Below are positions 13,104-29,912 of a DNA stretch of 64,000 nt, one piece after another. This stretch comes from Octopus vulgaris (taxonomy: Eukaryota). Each line of letters starts with the position of its first letter. Within the stretch, counting starts at the first letter, position 1. The position numbers and the translations under genes were made by a program. The stretch spans positions 15,066,001 to 15,130,000 of the forward strand of contig OX597829.1 in assembly GCA_951406725.2 (NCBI GenBank), written 5' to 3'. The notes under the pieces were generated by a model. That model saw only the letters and a list, made by a program, of their open reading frames with translations. It had not been told where the DNA came from and did not search any database.

Positions 13104-14264
13104 GTAAGCTATACTACATATAGCTATATATTCTGCATATAGAGTATATAAAATAGTACTGTACACTGGCTAAAGTATAGCCCAGTCTATAGCATAAAGT
13201 TTAGATGTACATTGACTACAGTATATACTAGGTTTACATTCACTATAGTATTGAGAGGAGACTAGCATTTATCGTACAATGGCTATAGTAAACTAATAAT
13301 CAGACTTTATAATATAGATCAGCTGTAACATGCCACGGTATGCAGGATAGTTCAGTTAACTATAACACGAATGTGTTGTATATTTGCCGAAAATTACCAA
13401 TAACACCTTAACATTAACTTAATACTTATAGTTCCAAATTCAATTTCTGAGTCTTTATATCATACTGCAAAATGACAATGTTATTTCATTCATTTTTAGA
13501 TTCAATATATTTGTTATAGATTGATACGAAAGTATTCATGTAGACGGTGAATGGATAGAATACATTTGGAATCAATATAAGGCATATACTTCAAACAGAA
13601 TTTAATGCCTGAACTATTGAAAAGAATCACAGTGTATTGCTAGGTGCATTGATAAACAATGCTTGTTAGACCAACAAAGCGATTTGTGAAGTTTAATTGT
13701 GTTTTAACATCTTGCTGTTGATGTTCGTCTATGTATGTGTTTGTTTCTTTTTCACTTGGAGACCAATCATAAATGATGTGGTGGACATTTAAGGATAGCA
13801 AAGCCGACATAGTTATCGTTTTCATTTCCCTCTCTCTCTCTCTCTCTCTCTCTTTCTGTGTCTCTCTCTATCTCTCACACAGTCTCTCTATCTATCTATC
13901 TATCAATATCTGAATCTCTCTCTATCTGTTCAATGTTACAGTGTAATGTATTTCTTCAATATAACATCATGTGTCACTTCAATTCACCTGCATAGCAACA
14001 GTACTGTTACTACTTCTATTTATGTGAGCTCTTCCATTGTCGTCGTCTTAAAGCTGACAGAGTAACTTCCCCTCTTTGTTTTGTTTTTCCTTTATGCATT
14101 GCTTCTACCTATACCTCTTGTATTTTATTTATCCTATACACCTATTTATAATTGTGTACATGCGTATGTATCTGTGTATGTAAATCCTCTCTCTCTATCT
14201 CTCTGTCTCAATCTCTCTCTATATATATATATATACACACACACAAATATATGAAGTATACGTT

Positions 14265-14310
<46 letters not shown>

Positions 14311-14353
14311 TTAAATATAATTCCATTGTCTCTTTCACCCTCACTATTTTTAT

Positions 14354-14397
<44 letters not shown>

Positions 14398-14597
14398 GTA
14401 CATATGGTCATACGCACGTACATACATATTTACATACATAACACGGTTGCATGTACGACCTATGACAGCAAAGTTTATACTTAGATCATAAATTCCAACC
14501 GTTCACGTTGTATATAAACATATTCCTACATACACGCGCACTCTTTTGCATGTGTGCATATGTACGTATAACAATATACGTGTGTGTATGTGTGTAG

Positions 14598-14664
<67 letters not shown>

Positions 14665-15258
14665 ATATACGTATTATGCACAAACAGAGCGTATTATAAA
14701 ACATAAGATAAATTTAAAGTTAGCCTACAATTTATAACGTCTGTGCGGCTGAAAGTAAACAAATGTAAATAAGTTTTGTTATCCTTTTCCCATAAAGGCA
14801 AAAAATCAAGGCGATTAACACGACATGTGTGATAGTTGGCCATTCTTCAAAGGATAATAACTATTCGTTTTACTTCCTATGAAGAGAAGTTAATAGCAAT
14901 CGTTATTTAAATCAAGCACAAGCAGGGATTTAGCTAAAAAAAAAAGCTTAGATTAATTTGCATACGGTATATCTTTCAGTGAAGATTTGTCAGATCTTGT
15001 TACTATTCTCAGCGTAGGAGTTTTAGGGTGAGGACTACATTAAATATGTCTTAGACTTTCTAAGTAACGTTGTTTATGCATAAAATATTTATGAAGTATT
15101 TAATTTGAGATGGACGAAATATACTTATCTTCTGAAGTATAGTCAGCCAGTCATGAAACGTCATGATGTTCTTCATTCTGGTGTATGGAGAGAATAACAG
15201 AATGCATTTACATCTGATTATTTCCCATGGGAATGGCTAGTGAACAACGTCGTATTTA

Positions 15259-15313
<55 letters not shown>

Positions 15314-15405
15314 TATTCATACATACTCGTGTACACACACACTCGTAAAAACATACATGCCTGCATGCATACATACGTACATTACATACATACATATTAG
15401 AGCTT

Positions 15406-15620
15406 TCACTTGCAAGTAACCCCTTCATTTACTTTCGACGGAAGGTCACCAAGATTTCGACACCTACCAAACAATATCTTATTTCTTGTGATACCAAGCA
15501 TCATTGATGAGAAAACGGTATTTCTTGGTTCGATTGGCCCCAACTTCATTTTCATTATTATAAACTGCACAAGGTATATGAAACTTGGTGCGTCTGTAAT
15601 AACTTCAGCCATGCGGTAGC
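15406..15620 (-). pseudogene. Decayed LINE RT fragment (RTE-like)
   Basis: EVITDAPSFIYL plus frameshifted NNENEVG resembles the E.V..F.YLGS motif. Confidence 0.35.
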
Positions 15621-17029
15621 TTCCCCCCTTTTATTAATTAATGGGGAATCTGTCTTTCTTCTTATCATGAGTCATTCTTGCACATATGTACATGATATTT
15701 TCCCCGATACATTTTTCCGCTTCTGTCATCAGTTCGAAAATCGCTGCCCTTATAGACTGATATCAGTTAGAAAAAATCTACGACATTTTCCTCCAATAGG
15801 AAGAGCTGTGCTCTACAATCCTCATATTTTACATGTTCCCTACGTCCACCCGTTATATTCTAGGCACTTTGTTTCATGAGATTCTCTACGAAACCTTCAA
15901 TTCAATATTCAGGATATTTTTGTCAAGTTAGATCTTGATTTAATTCAATCACTTTCCTTAAATCGCCTTGCACCTTTCGGTCGTTAATACTATTTGGAAA
16001 TCTAGATCTTGATTTTCCCTTACTTACACTTCTGCATTTTTTCTCTCATTCCCTGAGGAAAACAACTCAGTACAACTTAGTGTTGATTCTCTTTGACTTA
16101 ACGTTGCTACATTGCTGCACAGTGCCTCAATAAAGGTGCTTAAAACTTGTTTACGCCGCTAGTCATATTTTGCAAAAGAAGGAAAAGATGCATTACTCCC
16201 ACAATGACCCTCTACTATATGATGTTGTTGGACCTAAAATAAACAGAGGTGTCACTAACTTTACCATCATATTAGCCAGGAATGGAAAAAATATCGTAAA
16301 TTTATTACCTTGACGTTTTCGTTTTCCAAAACTTGTTTCCATGATAAATTTCTGTGTTTATTCTGAAACGACATCCTTTTACTTCGTATCTGCCCCTTCT
16401 ATTTCATTCAGACGGACAGTGGACTCTACCATCTCAACAGCTTTCGCTGCGCTCACTTTCTATCCTCTCAATGCGATTGTCAAGGCCGTATATAAAATGA
16501 GGTGCACTGAATTACATAGCATCAGGTTTCAGTGCAATTTTGCTTCTGGAATCTGTTTGATACTTTGATATTTAAAAATTCAGTTATTCAACTGCCTCTA
16601 AATATTTATTATAAAATGTGATGGAAATCACATTGAAACTTTTTAACTAGCATGCAGTTCTGTTTAACATATCAGATCAGCCATGATCAAAAAGCTACAG
16701 CCAAAACAGTACAGTGCTACAATTTTGTTGATTCACCAAATAGAGATGTCGCAGATAATGAAAAAAAAAAAAATCAAAATCATTGAACCCCTCGATAGAC
16801 ATACAGAGACAACAAGGTAACAAATATAGAACATTTGAAGGTGATAGTCCATGATTCTCATGACCATCACGACAACTATCATGGTCAAGGCTTAAATAAT
16901 TAAAAGGAATGGAACATTTTTTAAACAATCGTTTTTGTTTTAATTTTCTTCCATTTACCTATCTAGCTATCTGTCTAAACATTTAATAGAAAACCACGTC
17001 TATCAATCTATCTATGTATAATTAATAAT

Positions 17030-17900
<871 letters not shown>

Positions 17901-18219
17901 ATATGTGTGTGTATATATATGTCTATCTGTCTATCTATCAATATGTCCGTCTTTCTGCCTTTCTGTCTATATGTCTGTCTGTGTATCTATCTATATATCT
18001 ATCTAATTTCAATCTATCTATCTGTCTGTGTCTGCCTATCTATCTACCTATCTCTATAATATTCTGGAACATTTTTTAAATAAAGAAGTGGTAAGTCCCA
18101 AATGAGGTGCACGTGCGTTGTATAAGAGAGCATGTATGTGCGTGTGGAAGAGGGCTGGTGACCTTGACGCATGCGTGTGTGTATGTGTAGGTGTTTAGAT
18201 GTGGAGTCGGGAAGTGGTC

Positions 18220-18572
18220 AGTGCTAGTGTATGTGTGTGGTGGTGTGATGTGATGTGATGTGTTGTGTGGTATGGTGATGTATGGTGATGTATGGTGTAG
18301 TGGTGTGTGGTGTGGTGTGACGGTGTTGGGAGGTGGGGGAAGCGAGAGTGGGGAAAGCAAGTGAGGAGGGTGGGTTAGGCTGAGGGGGAGGGTAGAGGTT
18401 GGGTATGTGGGAAAGAGTGTAAGGGATGGGGGTAGGGTGGGATGCGATGGGTAAGGAAGGTGAGGTTGGATTGTGTAGGGTGGGGTTACGAGGGAGGGGT
18501 GAGGATGAAGGTAGAGGTGGAAGGTAGAAGGAGAGTAGGAGTGAAGAGAAGTAGGAGTCGGAGTAAGAGAGG
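18220..18572 (+). repeat. G-rich low-complexity tract (GGTGT repeats then G-runs); potential G-quadruplex
   Basis: Many GGG runs at 18335-18500. Confidence 0.6.
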
Positions 18573-18639
18573 ATAGATCTATCTATCTGCTTTTATTATC
18601 TTTTGCTGCACGTCATATACATACATGCAATGCATTCAT

Positions 18640-18865
18640 CTATCTATCCATCTATCCATACATATATACATACATACATACATACATACATACATACATA
18701 CATACATACACACACACATACATACCTAAATACATACATGGATGCCCGCACGCACACACTCACGCACAAACCCACACACACATACATACATACATGCATA
18801 CATACATACATTCATTCATACATACATGCATGCATGCATGCCTACATACATACATACATACATAC

Positions 18866-18904
<39 letters not shown>

Positions 18905-18972
18905 CATACATACATACATACGTACATACATACATACATACATACATACATACATACATACATACACATACA

Positions 18973-19006
<34 letters not shown>

Positions 19007-19028
19007 CATACATACATACATATATACG

Positions 19029-19062
<34 letters not shown>

Positions 19063-19900
19063 CATACATACATACATATATACGTACATACATACATACA
19101 TACATACATACATACATACATACATGCATGTATACATACATACATACATACATACATACATACATACATACATACATACATACATACATACATACATACA
19201 TACATACATACATACATACATACATACATACATACATACATACATACATACATACATACATACATACATACATACATACATACATACATACATACATACA
19301 TACATACATACATACATACATACATACATACATACATACATACATACATACATACATACATACATACATACATACATACATACATACATACATACATACA
19401 TACATACATACATACATACATACATACATACATACATACATACATACATACATACATACATACATACATACATACATACATACATACATACATACATACA
19501 TACATACATACATACATACATACATACATACATACATACATACCTAAATACATACATGGATGCCCGCACGCACACACTCACGCACAAACACACACACACA
19601 TACATAAATACATGCATACATACATACATTCATTCATACATACATGCATGCATGCCTACATACATACATACATACATACTTACATACATGCATACATACA
19701 TACATACATACATACATACATACATACATACATACATACATACATACATACATACATACATACATACATACATACATACATACATACATACATACATACA
19801 TACATACATACATACATACATACATACATACATACATACATACATACATACATACATACATACATACGTACGTACATCCATCCATCCATACATACATACA
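18640..19900. repeat. ~1.25-kb (ATAC)n microsatellite with an internal duplication
   Basis: Direct reading; the same interrupting block occurs at ~18722 and ~19539. Confidence 0.95.
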
Positions 19901-20813
19901 TATCACTATATCAGCAACTACAAAAATCTGCAAGAACTGAAGATTTAAAGGACACGACAAGATGCTTTCCTTCACAGTCTTGCTACCAGGTAAATGGCCG
20001 GTCAAACTACTCTACATTAAGAAAAGAAAGAGTAGAACATCCATTTATGAATTCATTTATACACGCATACTCACACACACGCGCATACATATATAGTACA
20101 TGCACACACCCGCATACATACATACTTACATAGTGTGTGTTGTATTTTGCACAGCCATACTGTCAATTGAAATACTATGGTTATATTTTATTTCAGTTTG
20201 TTAATCAATTAAATAGATAATTAGCTAATTAATTGCATAAATTAATGATTAATTGCTTAATTGCTTTTTTTTTAATCTTCGTCTCATCTTGCGTCGCTAT
20301 CGATAACGATCCATCGCTAATGCCCCTTCTCCATGCTAGTACGCATTTTTTTTATTCTTCTGTTTTGCTTTTTCTTATTTGAACTTTTGTCTCTGCTTAG
20401 TAATATTAATCAATAAGTTATCTAGTTATCTGATAATAAAAGCTGAAGTGAAATGCAATCAGTGTGTGTGTTTAATTGACAACAGATTCCTACCGAAGTT
20501 CAACTGTATATCATTGAAATACCTGATTCCGTATCAAGAGTATGGTGAAAAATATAAAGATCGGAAGAACAATAAATATATCTATAGATATATCAGACAC
20601 ACAAACACACACATACACACACATACACATACACACACGTACACACATACTCACGCAAATGTGCACATGTATATATACACATATATACGCATACAGTATA
20701 TACATATATTCACATATATATGTGTATATATATATATATATATATTATATATTATATATATGCATACATATATATATATATATATTATATTATATATATA
20801 TATATATGTATAT

Positions 20814-20859
<46 letters not shown>

Positions 20860-21953
20860 TTCATGCATATATTCACCGTTTTCATTTTATATCTGAATTA
20901 ATACATCTTTCTCTTCCTCTCACTTACACTTAATGTCTCTCTATTTATAGCCACCTATCACTCTCTCAATCTATACATTTACCTACATATATATCAAACT
21001 ATACATATCTTCACAATTGCAATAATATATATTTCTTTCATTTTCTTTATTTGTTGCTATTATTTTCAAACAGTTTCTCGTTGAAGCCATTCTTGCTGTT
21101 AAATCGTTACTGTTGATATTGTTTAAAATTAATGGCTAGCATTAATTCTTCGGCTTGTTTTATCTTTTAAATGTATCAGAACCAGTTTATTATTGCAATA
21201 ACAGGTGGAAATTACGAATGCAAATATTTTATTCTTGGAGAGAATAAAAAGAAACTAATTTCCATTTTAAAACATAATTATGTTCTAGAATTTATTTAAC
21301 ACACAATATTTGCCACTTCCATCAATAGATTCTGAGAATGATCTGCAGAAGTTTCACAATCATAGCTTAATTAATTTCGTCTCGTTATATATTCTGTATA
21401 TATTCTGAAACTGTCTGTTGCAGCAATAGTGCTTACTGGTGGTCTTAAATGTAATGTCAGTCAACTGGCAATGTTGTGATAGCAAATAGAACTTAACTCC
21501 TGACGAGTCGCTACTGGGTGCCTCTACGTGTCGTTTGAACAGATAAAGTTATCTGACAATTCTCCCTCAAAATACGTCCCATCTATATTGGCTTTGTGAC
21601 AAAAAAAGGACACGATGAACGAATAAGATAATGGTGGTGAGAACGCCTTTGCTTATGCCTGCTTGAGGAAAACTATCGGAAGATAAACGAAAGCAACAAC
21701 AACAATTATTAAACGCGTAGCGAGCTAGTGCGGGTAAGTCTACGCGGTTTATTAAACTGTTAGGCATTGCAATATGCTTACACATAAGATGAAGTGCATC
21801 TATGTATGCTAAAGGAAAAGAAAAACGATAATACTTGTTATTGGAATAACTTTGCGCGTGAATTCCTCAGGTATTGAGAAGGACAAGAACAATAACATCA
21901 GCAAGAGAAAAGGGAATTTCTGACGGAAGGACGAAATCAAATGATTAATATTT

Positions 21954-22186
21954 GTTTCTTTATCACCCACAAGAGGCTAAACACAGAGGGGACAAACAAG
22001 GACAGACAAACGAATTAAGTCGATTACATCGACCCCAGTGCGTAACTAGTACTTAATTTATCGACCCAGAAAGGATGAAAAGCAAAGTCGACCTCGGCGG
22101 AATTTGAACTCAGTACGTAACGGCAGACAAAATACGGCTACCCATTTCGACCGGTGTGCTGACGGTTCTACCAGCTCGCCGCCTTT
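21954..22186 (-). mobile_element. Full-length SINE family A with 15-bp TSD
   Basis: Head GGCGGCGAGCTGGTAGAACCGTCAGCAC..GAGTTCAAATTCC; TSD AAATGATTAATATTT at 21939-21953 and 22187-22201. Confidence 0.92.
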
Positions 22187-22804
22187 AAATGATTAATATT
22201 TCAGACTGAGAGATTAGCGTGAATGTGAAATGGACTCGGCTCTTGTCTACAACTGGTGTCTACTCCATTGAAGAATTGTCAAAAAGACAAGGAAGATTCA
22301 ATTCTCTGAAGAAGGGCTCACTTGCAAAAAAAAACGAATTCTCTCTATATCTTTCCGTTAACTTTCATTGTGACCCATATTTTGTCTCCATGTCTTGCCC
22401 CTACTATTCCACTAAGCATAAAGTGTAAACAGTTACAAATTTGGTAATATTTTTGGTTCTCTTTCTTCTACAAGTTCTATTTCTATTACTTCCCTTTAAT
22501 AAATGGTATCACTCGAAACGCAAGTTTCACTTTTTCTTTCAATTGTCGTATTTATAAACTTATTTGTTTATTTTTATTATTTTCTTATTTGTGTATTTTC
22601 ATTATCATTGTATGAATTCATTAATCTTTTTGTTGTGTATAATATGTAAAGTCTTTCCTAGCACTTGTAATACTCATTATATATATATATGTATGTATGA
22701 ACGTATGTATGTATGTATGTATATACCGATTATGGGTTACCTGCATGTGGCTAGCGGGATTTTCTCAATGGCACGCCTAACTAGAAATTACCTTCAATTT
22801 TCTT

Positions 22805-22849
<45 letters not shown>

Positions 22850-24202
22850 TCATATAGGAATATGTGTATGGATGTCAGATGCAGGTGAGAATGCACCCGA
22901 ATCATTAAGATTTATTTACTTGAAGGGAAATAATCTCACAGTTTTTTTATATTTAAAAGTAATGGGAAATGAAGAAACGAGTAGCTATTTCCAGTTCTCC
23001 TCAATATATTTTTATCTTTATCATTTAAAAAAAAAATTTTGTTTCTTCAATCTCCTTTACAACAATATTTTTTTGTCTCTCCCACATCATTTTAATAAAC
23101 TTTGCGTTTATGTCTTCCAACTCGCATGCCTTTCTCTGTCTACTATCACCGGCTTTATATGAGTTTTAGTGCACAGACTGAACGTTTATGGATAAGTAGA
23201 TATTGCTCGTATGCTTTACACTGAAAGTAGGGAAAATCTAGCTACATTATTTCAGGAGTAATGCCCATCTGGAACCATATATTTCTATTCTTTGAAATGA
23301 AAGATGCTTATTCACATATTTGTTATCCTTAACGCAATTACACTGGGCAACCATTTTAATTTTTTTCATTTGTCTTCAGCTGAGGTGGCAAATCATGAGT
23401 ATTATGCTGTGAAACACTCAGAACTTGAGTAATCCGTATTTCTTACATGAAATCAATGGCACACTGCACATATATATGTCTGCATGATATTCACTATAAA
23501 ATATTTCACTCTTTATGGATATTGAGTTTTTTTTTTCACTCCTTGTTGACTTATAAAATACTATACACATAAACATCTCTCAATGTATCTAACGAATAAA
23601 TATGCCAGTTCCATTGAAATGCTGCCGTAAACTGAAATATCGAGGATACAATATTCTGTAGACTACTTTGTCATAAAATGCTTTTAATATTTAACTCAAA
23701 ATTTGAAAAACTCCACCAGATAGTTAAATAGCTAAAATTTTAACATTTTACGCCACACCGCCAAGTCGTTGTTATAGTATTCACTGATCCAGATAGTACA
23801 CCCTCTCCTTTATTAGATCAAATTTTTCTTTCTCTGCACAACCCTTATTCACACTTGTCCCTTAAAAATACGCCATAGCACGCATGTACGCACAAAGTTA
23901 TAGCCTATTAACAAGTGCTGTAGTTTGAACATGATGCTGCACTCCATCCGACATTTGAACATTGACCTAACTTATATTTTTCTTTGGCTCTCATTCCTTT
24001 CTTTCTTCTATTTGTCATTTGTTCGACAAAGCTTCAGAGAAGGCTGAGGGAATCATCCGCTTCGAGGAAATAAATAAAACTCACTACATGTATTACATAG
24101 AATTCCCTTACATCTTGTATATACATATATATGTGTGTATATGTGTTTATGTACCTATATATATATATCCTGCCAAAGACTGAAACAAGTAAAAGAATAA
24201 AA

Positions 24203-24239
<37 letters not shown>

Positions 24240-24242
<3 letters not shown>

Positions 24243-24416
24243 TTACTTGTTTCAGTCATTTTGCCTTTAGTCGAGCAAATCGACCCCAGGACTTATTCTT
24301 TGTAAGCCTAGTACTAATTCTATCGGGCTCTTTTGTCGAACCCCTAAGTTACGGGGACATAAACACACCAGCATCGGTTGTCAAGCGATGTTGGGCGGAC
24401 GAACACAGATACACAA

Positions 24417-24452
<36 letters not shown>

Positions 24453-24632
24453 TTATATATATATATACATATATACGACGACCTGCTTTCCGTCTACCAA
24501 ATCCACTCACAAGGTTTTGGTCGGCCCCAGGCTTTAGTAGAAGACACTGGCCCAAGATGACACGCAGTGGGACTGAACCCGGAAGCATGTGGTTGGTAAA
24601 CAAGCGACTTACCACACAGTCACTCCTACGCC
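24240..24632 (-). mobile_element. tRNA-derived SINE family B
   Basis: Matches 30223 and 63524 copies: GGCGTAGGAGTG head, GGTTCAGTCCC B-box, internal CA/TA run, TGACTGAAACAAGTAAAA tail. Confidence 0.9.
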
Positions 24633-24635
24633 ACT

Positions 24636-24732
<97 letters not shown>

Positions 24733-25776
24733 TTACTTTTGCTTGCTTTTGTACAAAATATAAAGATATTTAATAAGTTGCATGCGTTGATAACATTTCA
24801 AGCTTCTACTTCCATTATCTATACGCACGTATATCTATATATATTATGTCACTAAATGTTATGCTTTTCGCTTTTATCGATATCTTGCATAGAGGTTATT
24901 TCCAGTATAATTATGAAATATCTACTCGTATATGTGTGTGTGCGTGTGCGTGCGTGTGTGCATGTGTGTGTTTGAATATGTGCATGAGTGCGTGCGTACA
25001 TGCATGCATGGAGGCAAGTCGCCTCATAATTAAGTTGTAGGTATGAGATCGTTACCTCGTGTATTCGATTATAGTACTGTTGTGTGTGGTAGATTTAGAA
25101 CGAAAAACTTCAAGTTCATCCGGGACACTCAGCTGAAAATGGGCTCCAGTGTGAGATCTCGAACATTTCATGTTTCAGTCATTAGAAGATTAAGAGGATG
25201 TCTGCGTTTGTTCATAAAGACATGATCACCTAAGACAATTAGAAAAAGCAACTTAGTTTAATTAGTCGTAACTTAGTTTAATTATGTATACATACAAGTT
25301 CACACATACATATATGTCATTCCCGGAATAAGCTTTTTGTTAAAAATTCTATTTATAATTATACGTTATAACTATTTGATTACTGTGAGGTCGTTAGTGT
25401 TACTTCTCGGGCAGCGTTTATATTTTTAAAGTTGTTCACACTACCAGCTAGAGTAGTACTGCCCAGGTGTCGAAACCACAGTGATAACCGTTTAGCAGCT
25501 AATGATGAGTATACTATTTTTGTTATCCTTGATTGTGAATTGCTCATAATTTAGTCACCTTATTCTCAGTTGTCATTCATTCTAATAAAGCGGAAAGTGT
25601 TTACGGATTAATAGTTTGTTAGCATCGTTTACTCCGGCATTATGTGATTTTTGTCATAGGTGATATAATTAGACTTAGATAATGGTAAGATACTGGTGTC
25701 TAGTTTTGGAAAGTTCTGTGACATATGTACACACACACAGAGACACACGCATGCATATACATATATATACATATAC

Positions 25777-25884
<108 letters not shown>

Positions 25885-26029
25885 GCATGCGTGTGTCTGT
25901 GTGTGTGTGTACATATGTCACAGAAATTTGATTTTGATTTTTCCAGTTCCAGCTCATGAGCTGTGGCCATGCTGGAGCACCACCATTTATATATATATGT
26001 ATTTATATATTTATATATATATATAAGCT

Positions 26030-26290
26030 AGTGTTTATTCAAAGCAATGGATAGCTTATGACGAAAGCCATGATATGCTTTGCTTTCTGATTTTTAATCA
26101 TCTCATAATAATGACTTTTATGACTTTTATTACTACCTCAGTCCATCTAAATGTATATATCTGTCGTTACCTTTCATAAAAAGCCTTTTCTTTTTTTATT
26201 TACAATGTGCATTTTCGTTGATTTTTCTTATTTTCCCCTTAGATTTTCACGTGTATTTTATATTTTCTTTTTGTAACATATTTCTACTAT
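26030..26290 (+). repeat. Dispersed repeat, second copy at 55780-56045
   Basis: Shared taatcatctcataataatgac..tattactacctcagtc..cacgtgtattttatattttcttt..taacatatttctac. Confidence 0.8.
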
Positions 26291-26291
26291 A

Positions 26292-26346
<55 letters not shown>

Positions 26347-26916
26347 GGGGGGGCCATGTATGTATGCGTGTACGTATGTACGTATACATATAAACACTTA
26401 CATATACATATGCATAAATATGTACAAGGGATATAGTTAATCGAAAGAAACCCAAAGTAATGAGTAAAGATAACATGGGAACAAAAAGGTGATCATTATT
26501 ATTGAAGCTCTTTTATAATGTATGATGACCAATGCCCATTGTACGATGGCCAGTGTCTTTGCCAATATCTTGCTAAAACACTTATTGATATTAAATAAAG
26601 CAATAGAGTAATATATAATATATATTTACACGTTTCTTTCCAAATTTCACAGATACAATAATCGCTTATCACTTTATAATTCAGAACGTTACAAAACGAT
26701 AAATCTTCATATACTTTCTCACTAAATATCTTTAATTCTGACATTTTAAGACATTATTAAGATACTACTTAATAGTTATTTTTATTTTCTTTCAAAACCA
26801 AAACATTGTATAAAAAAAAGAGAATGAAAATAAGTAAAAAGTAAGAAACAGTTTATTGACTCGTATTTTTAAATTTATATATTTATTACGATTTTTTCTC
26901 TCTGCTTCCTCTCATT

Positions 26917-26947
<31 letters not shown>

Positions 26948-27329
26948 TTCTCTCTCTCTCTTTCTCTCTCCCTCTCTCTCTTTCACACACACTCTCTCTC
27001 TCCTCATACCCTCTCTCTGTCTCTCGTTATATATATATATATATATATACACATGTGTGTGTGTGTGTGCGCGTGTGTTTTGTGTGCTTGTATGCATATG
27101 TATATAAATTTTTACAATGCACCAAGTGGAAAACAATAGTTAAAAAAGAACTACATACTTCAGATAGAAGTACAGTTCAGCAATATATAATAAAACTGAG
27201 AAAATTTAAGAATACTATTTATGTCTTGTTTCATCTTTCGTATTCGTGTCTCGGGAGACAAGATTTCCAATGATTTTTATACACATGCATATACATTCAT
27301 GTATGTGTATATGTGTTTGTCCGTCTGTC

Positions 27330-27630
<301 letters not shown>

Positions 27631-27685
27631 GTCTGAAAACAGAGAGTTGCTTATTCGCAAAAAAAAAAAAAAAGAAATATAACAT

Positions 27686-27992
27686 GTGACTCCATTGACC
27701 GAGGTTACCGTGGTATTTTCCGTAGGCTTTTCTTTCCACGGGTAAACCTCACCTGTCCTCCCCTTTACACTTCATATTGACATTTCTGTGATAACGATCC
27801 CTATTGATCAATTTTTTTTCCTCCCCCCCCTTTTTTTAACCCCCCTTTTTTTTGTCCTCTTTCTCTCCTTTTACGATCCCTTTTGATCGAAACTCCCCCT
27901 TCCTTTTTTTTTTTTTTAAACCTTCAAAAGAAAAGCTCTACCTTGTAATTTGTTCTATCTGTGTGCAGCCCTGTGTGGCTAATAAAGAAACA
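27686..27992 (+). mobile_element. Probable LINE 3' UTR end
   Basis: Pyrimidine-rich stretch ending TCTGTGTGCAGCCCTGTGTGGCTAATAAAGAAA before a microsatellite; similar to the SINE A tail. Confidence 0.5.
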
Positions 27993-28014
27993 TATCTATC
28001 TATCTATCTATCAG

Positions 28015-28185
<171 letters not shown>

Positions 28186-28649
28186 CTCTGTCGGTCTGTA
28201 TATCTATTCATCTATCTATCAATGCATGCGCTATGTATGTACGCTTGTATCTATGTCCATCAAGCAAATCCGTCCATTTTCGCCTCCCATTATTTATGTG
28301 AGTGTTATAGTGTGCGTTTGGCCTCCTTCATGGAGTCCTATAAGAATCAACCGTCATTATACTTTCTGGTAAGATTCTAAACCTTGATTAATCGAGACTG
28401 TGAATCTTATTACTGTATTCGTAGATTACATTATGGCAAAAATCCATTATGGCGAAAAAGTTCACCAAACTGCATGGTGGAACAAGTGAAATTATTAAGA
28501 ATAATAGAATTTATAAAGGATAATATTTAAAAACATATCTTATTAATCAAATCGCCTTTTTATTTAGTTTGTAATCTTGGCTGGTGGTACAAGGAGAATA
28601 TAAGTTAAGCAATAAAAGAAAAAAAGATATGTGTGCGTATATATTCATT

Positions 28650-29912
28650 GTTTTACTCGCGAGATTTCACGAGACTCTCCGTGAATTAAATGAAAATGTG
28701 TTTTCCAAAATCGTGGCGAACACCTTTCCCCATATGATCGGTTAGAAAAATTAAGACATATTCCAAATTTTCTTAATATGAAATTTCAAATTTTTTAACA
28801 TATTCCAAATTTTCTTAAGTCAAAGATAAAGAAATTATGTCCACCAATGCAGTATGGAACACTTAATTTTTTTATCGTTCGACATAGACTATAATGCTGG
28901 ATTAGAAAGGTTCAATTTTAAGAAAAGCTTATAATACGTTGAACTAGATATAAATAGATCAAAAAACGCAGGTAGAGTAAAATTTTATCGTCTAACTCAC
29001 AGTATAGCATGAATGTAGCTGCTAACATATCTAGGAAACTCTTGAAATTAATAGACACTTTCCACATACACACAAATACCACAAGATCTTCAACAGCAAC
29101 ACTGATAAAGTCAGCTATAATTGCCTCCCCAATATAGGATAAATAATACACAATAACAATAAATATAAAGTCACAAGAAACACCCACGAAAGTCAATATA
29201 ATAGTAGATCCCCAAACCACTGCTCTCTAAACAAGTGAATCAAGAAAGAACTCGTATCACGGATCACGGATCCGAAAATAGTAGCAATGACGTTTATCGG
29301 AATGACGGGCAACTCGTTCAAGGAAATGTGTACACAACACCTGACAACATTGAGAGACAAAAATTTTTTAAATGTGACATCCGTGGCAAATATGATATGG
29401 ACATTGAAAAGAGGCATAAGGAAGCAATATTTTACACTCAAAGAAGAGCTACCATCTGCGACGTTAGCCCCACCGGGATAGCCCCTACACTGAACTGGAA
29501 AGCTGAACATACATAGCACACAAACTCAACACACAGAAGAAATATACTCCAATGGTGAACTACCTCAGCACACAAGTATAAGAACATCACATCCAGAAAA
29601 ATAAAACAAACAAAATAATGCAAACAAATTGACCACCCAACAGTATGGCCAAAAGACAAATCCAAGGAAGACAAACATTCAAAAGATGGCACTCTTCTTT
29701 TATTCACGAGAATCTCCGCGAACTAAACGAGATTGTGTTTTTCAAAATGGACGCAATCGCCTTACTCTATATGATCGGCTTGAAAAATTAAGTCACTAGG
29801 ATATATTCCTAATTTTCTTAACATAAAACTAATGGTAGCCTTACTTCACAGATAAAGAAAATATATCCACCGATGCAGATTTGAACGCTCATTTTCATCG
29901 TTCCACATATAC
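28650..29912 (+). mobile_element. Decayed PLE 3' portion (linker plus GIY-YIG) between diverged direct repeats (pLTR-like)
   Basis: [35 protein letters not shown] and TFIGMTGNSFKE..H..SVANMIWTLK match PLE linker and endonuclease motifs. 28665-28890 resembles 29703-29912. Confidence 0.8.

Noticed and set aside
18603-20133. Long ORFs (up to 463 aa) of IHTY/MYVC repeats
   Set aside because: Translations of the (ATAC)n microsatellite; the same applies to YI, HT, LSIY and poly-N/I/L ORFs throughout.
21495-21545. CTGACGA core
   Set aside because: No stem II closure or GAAA.
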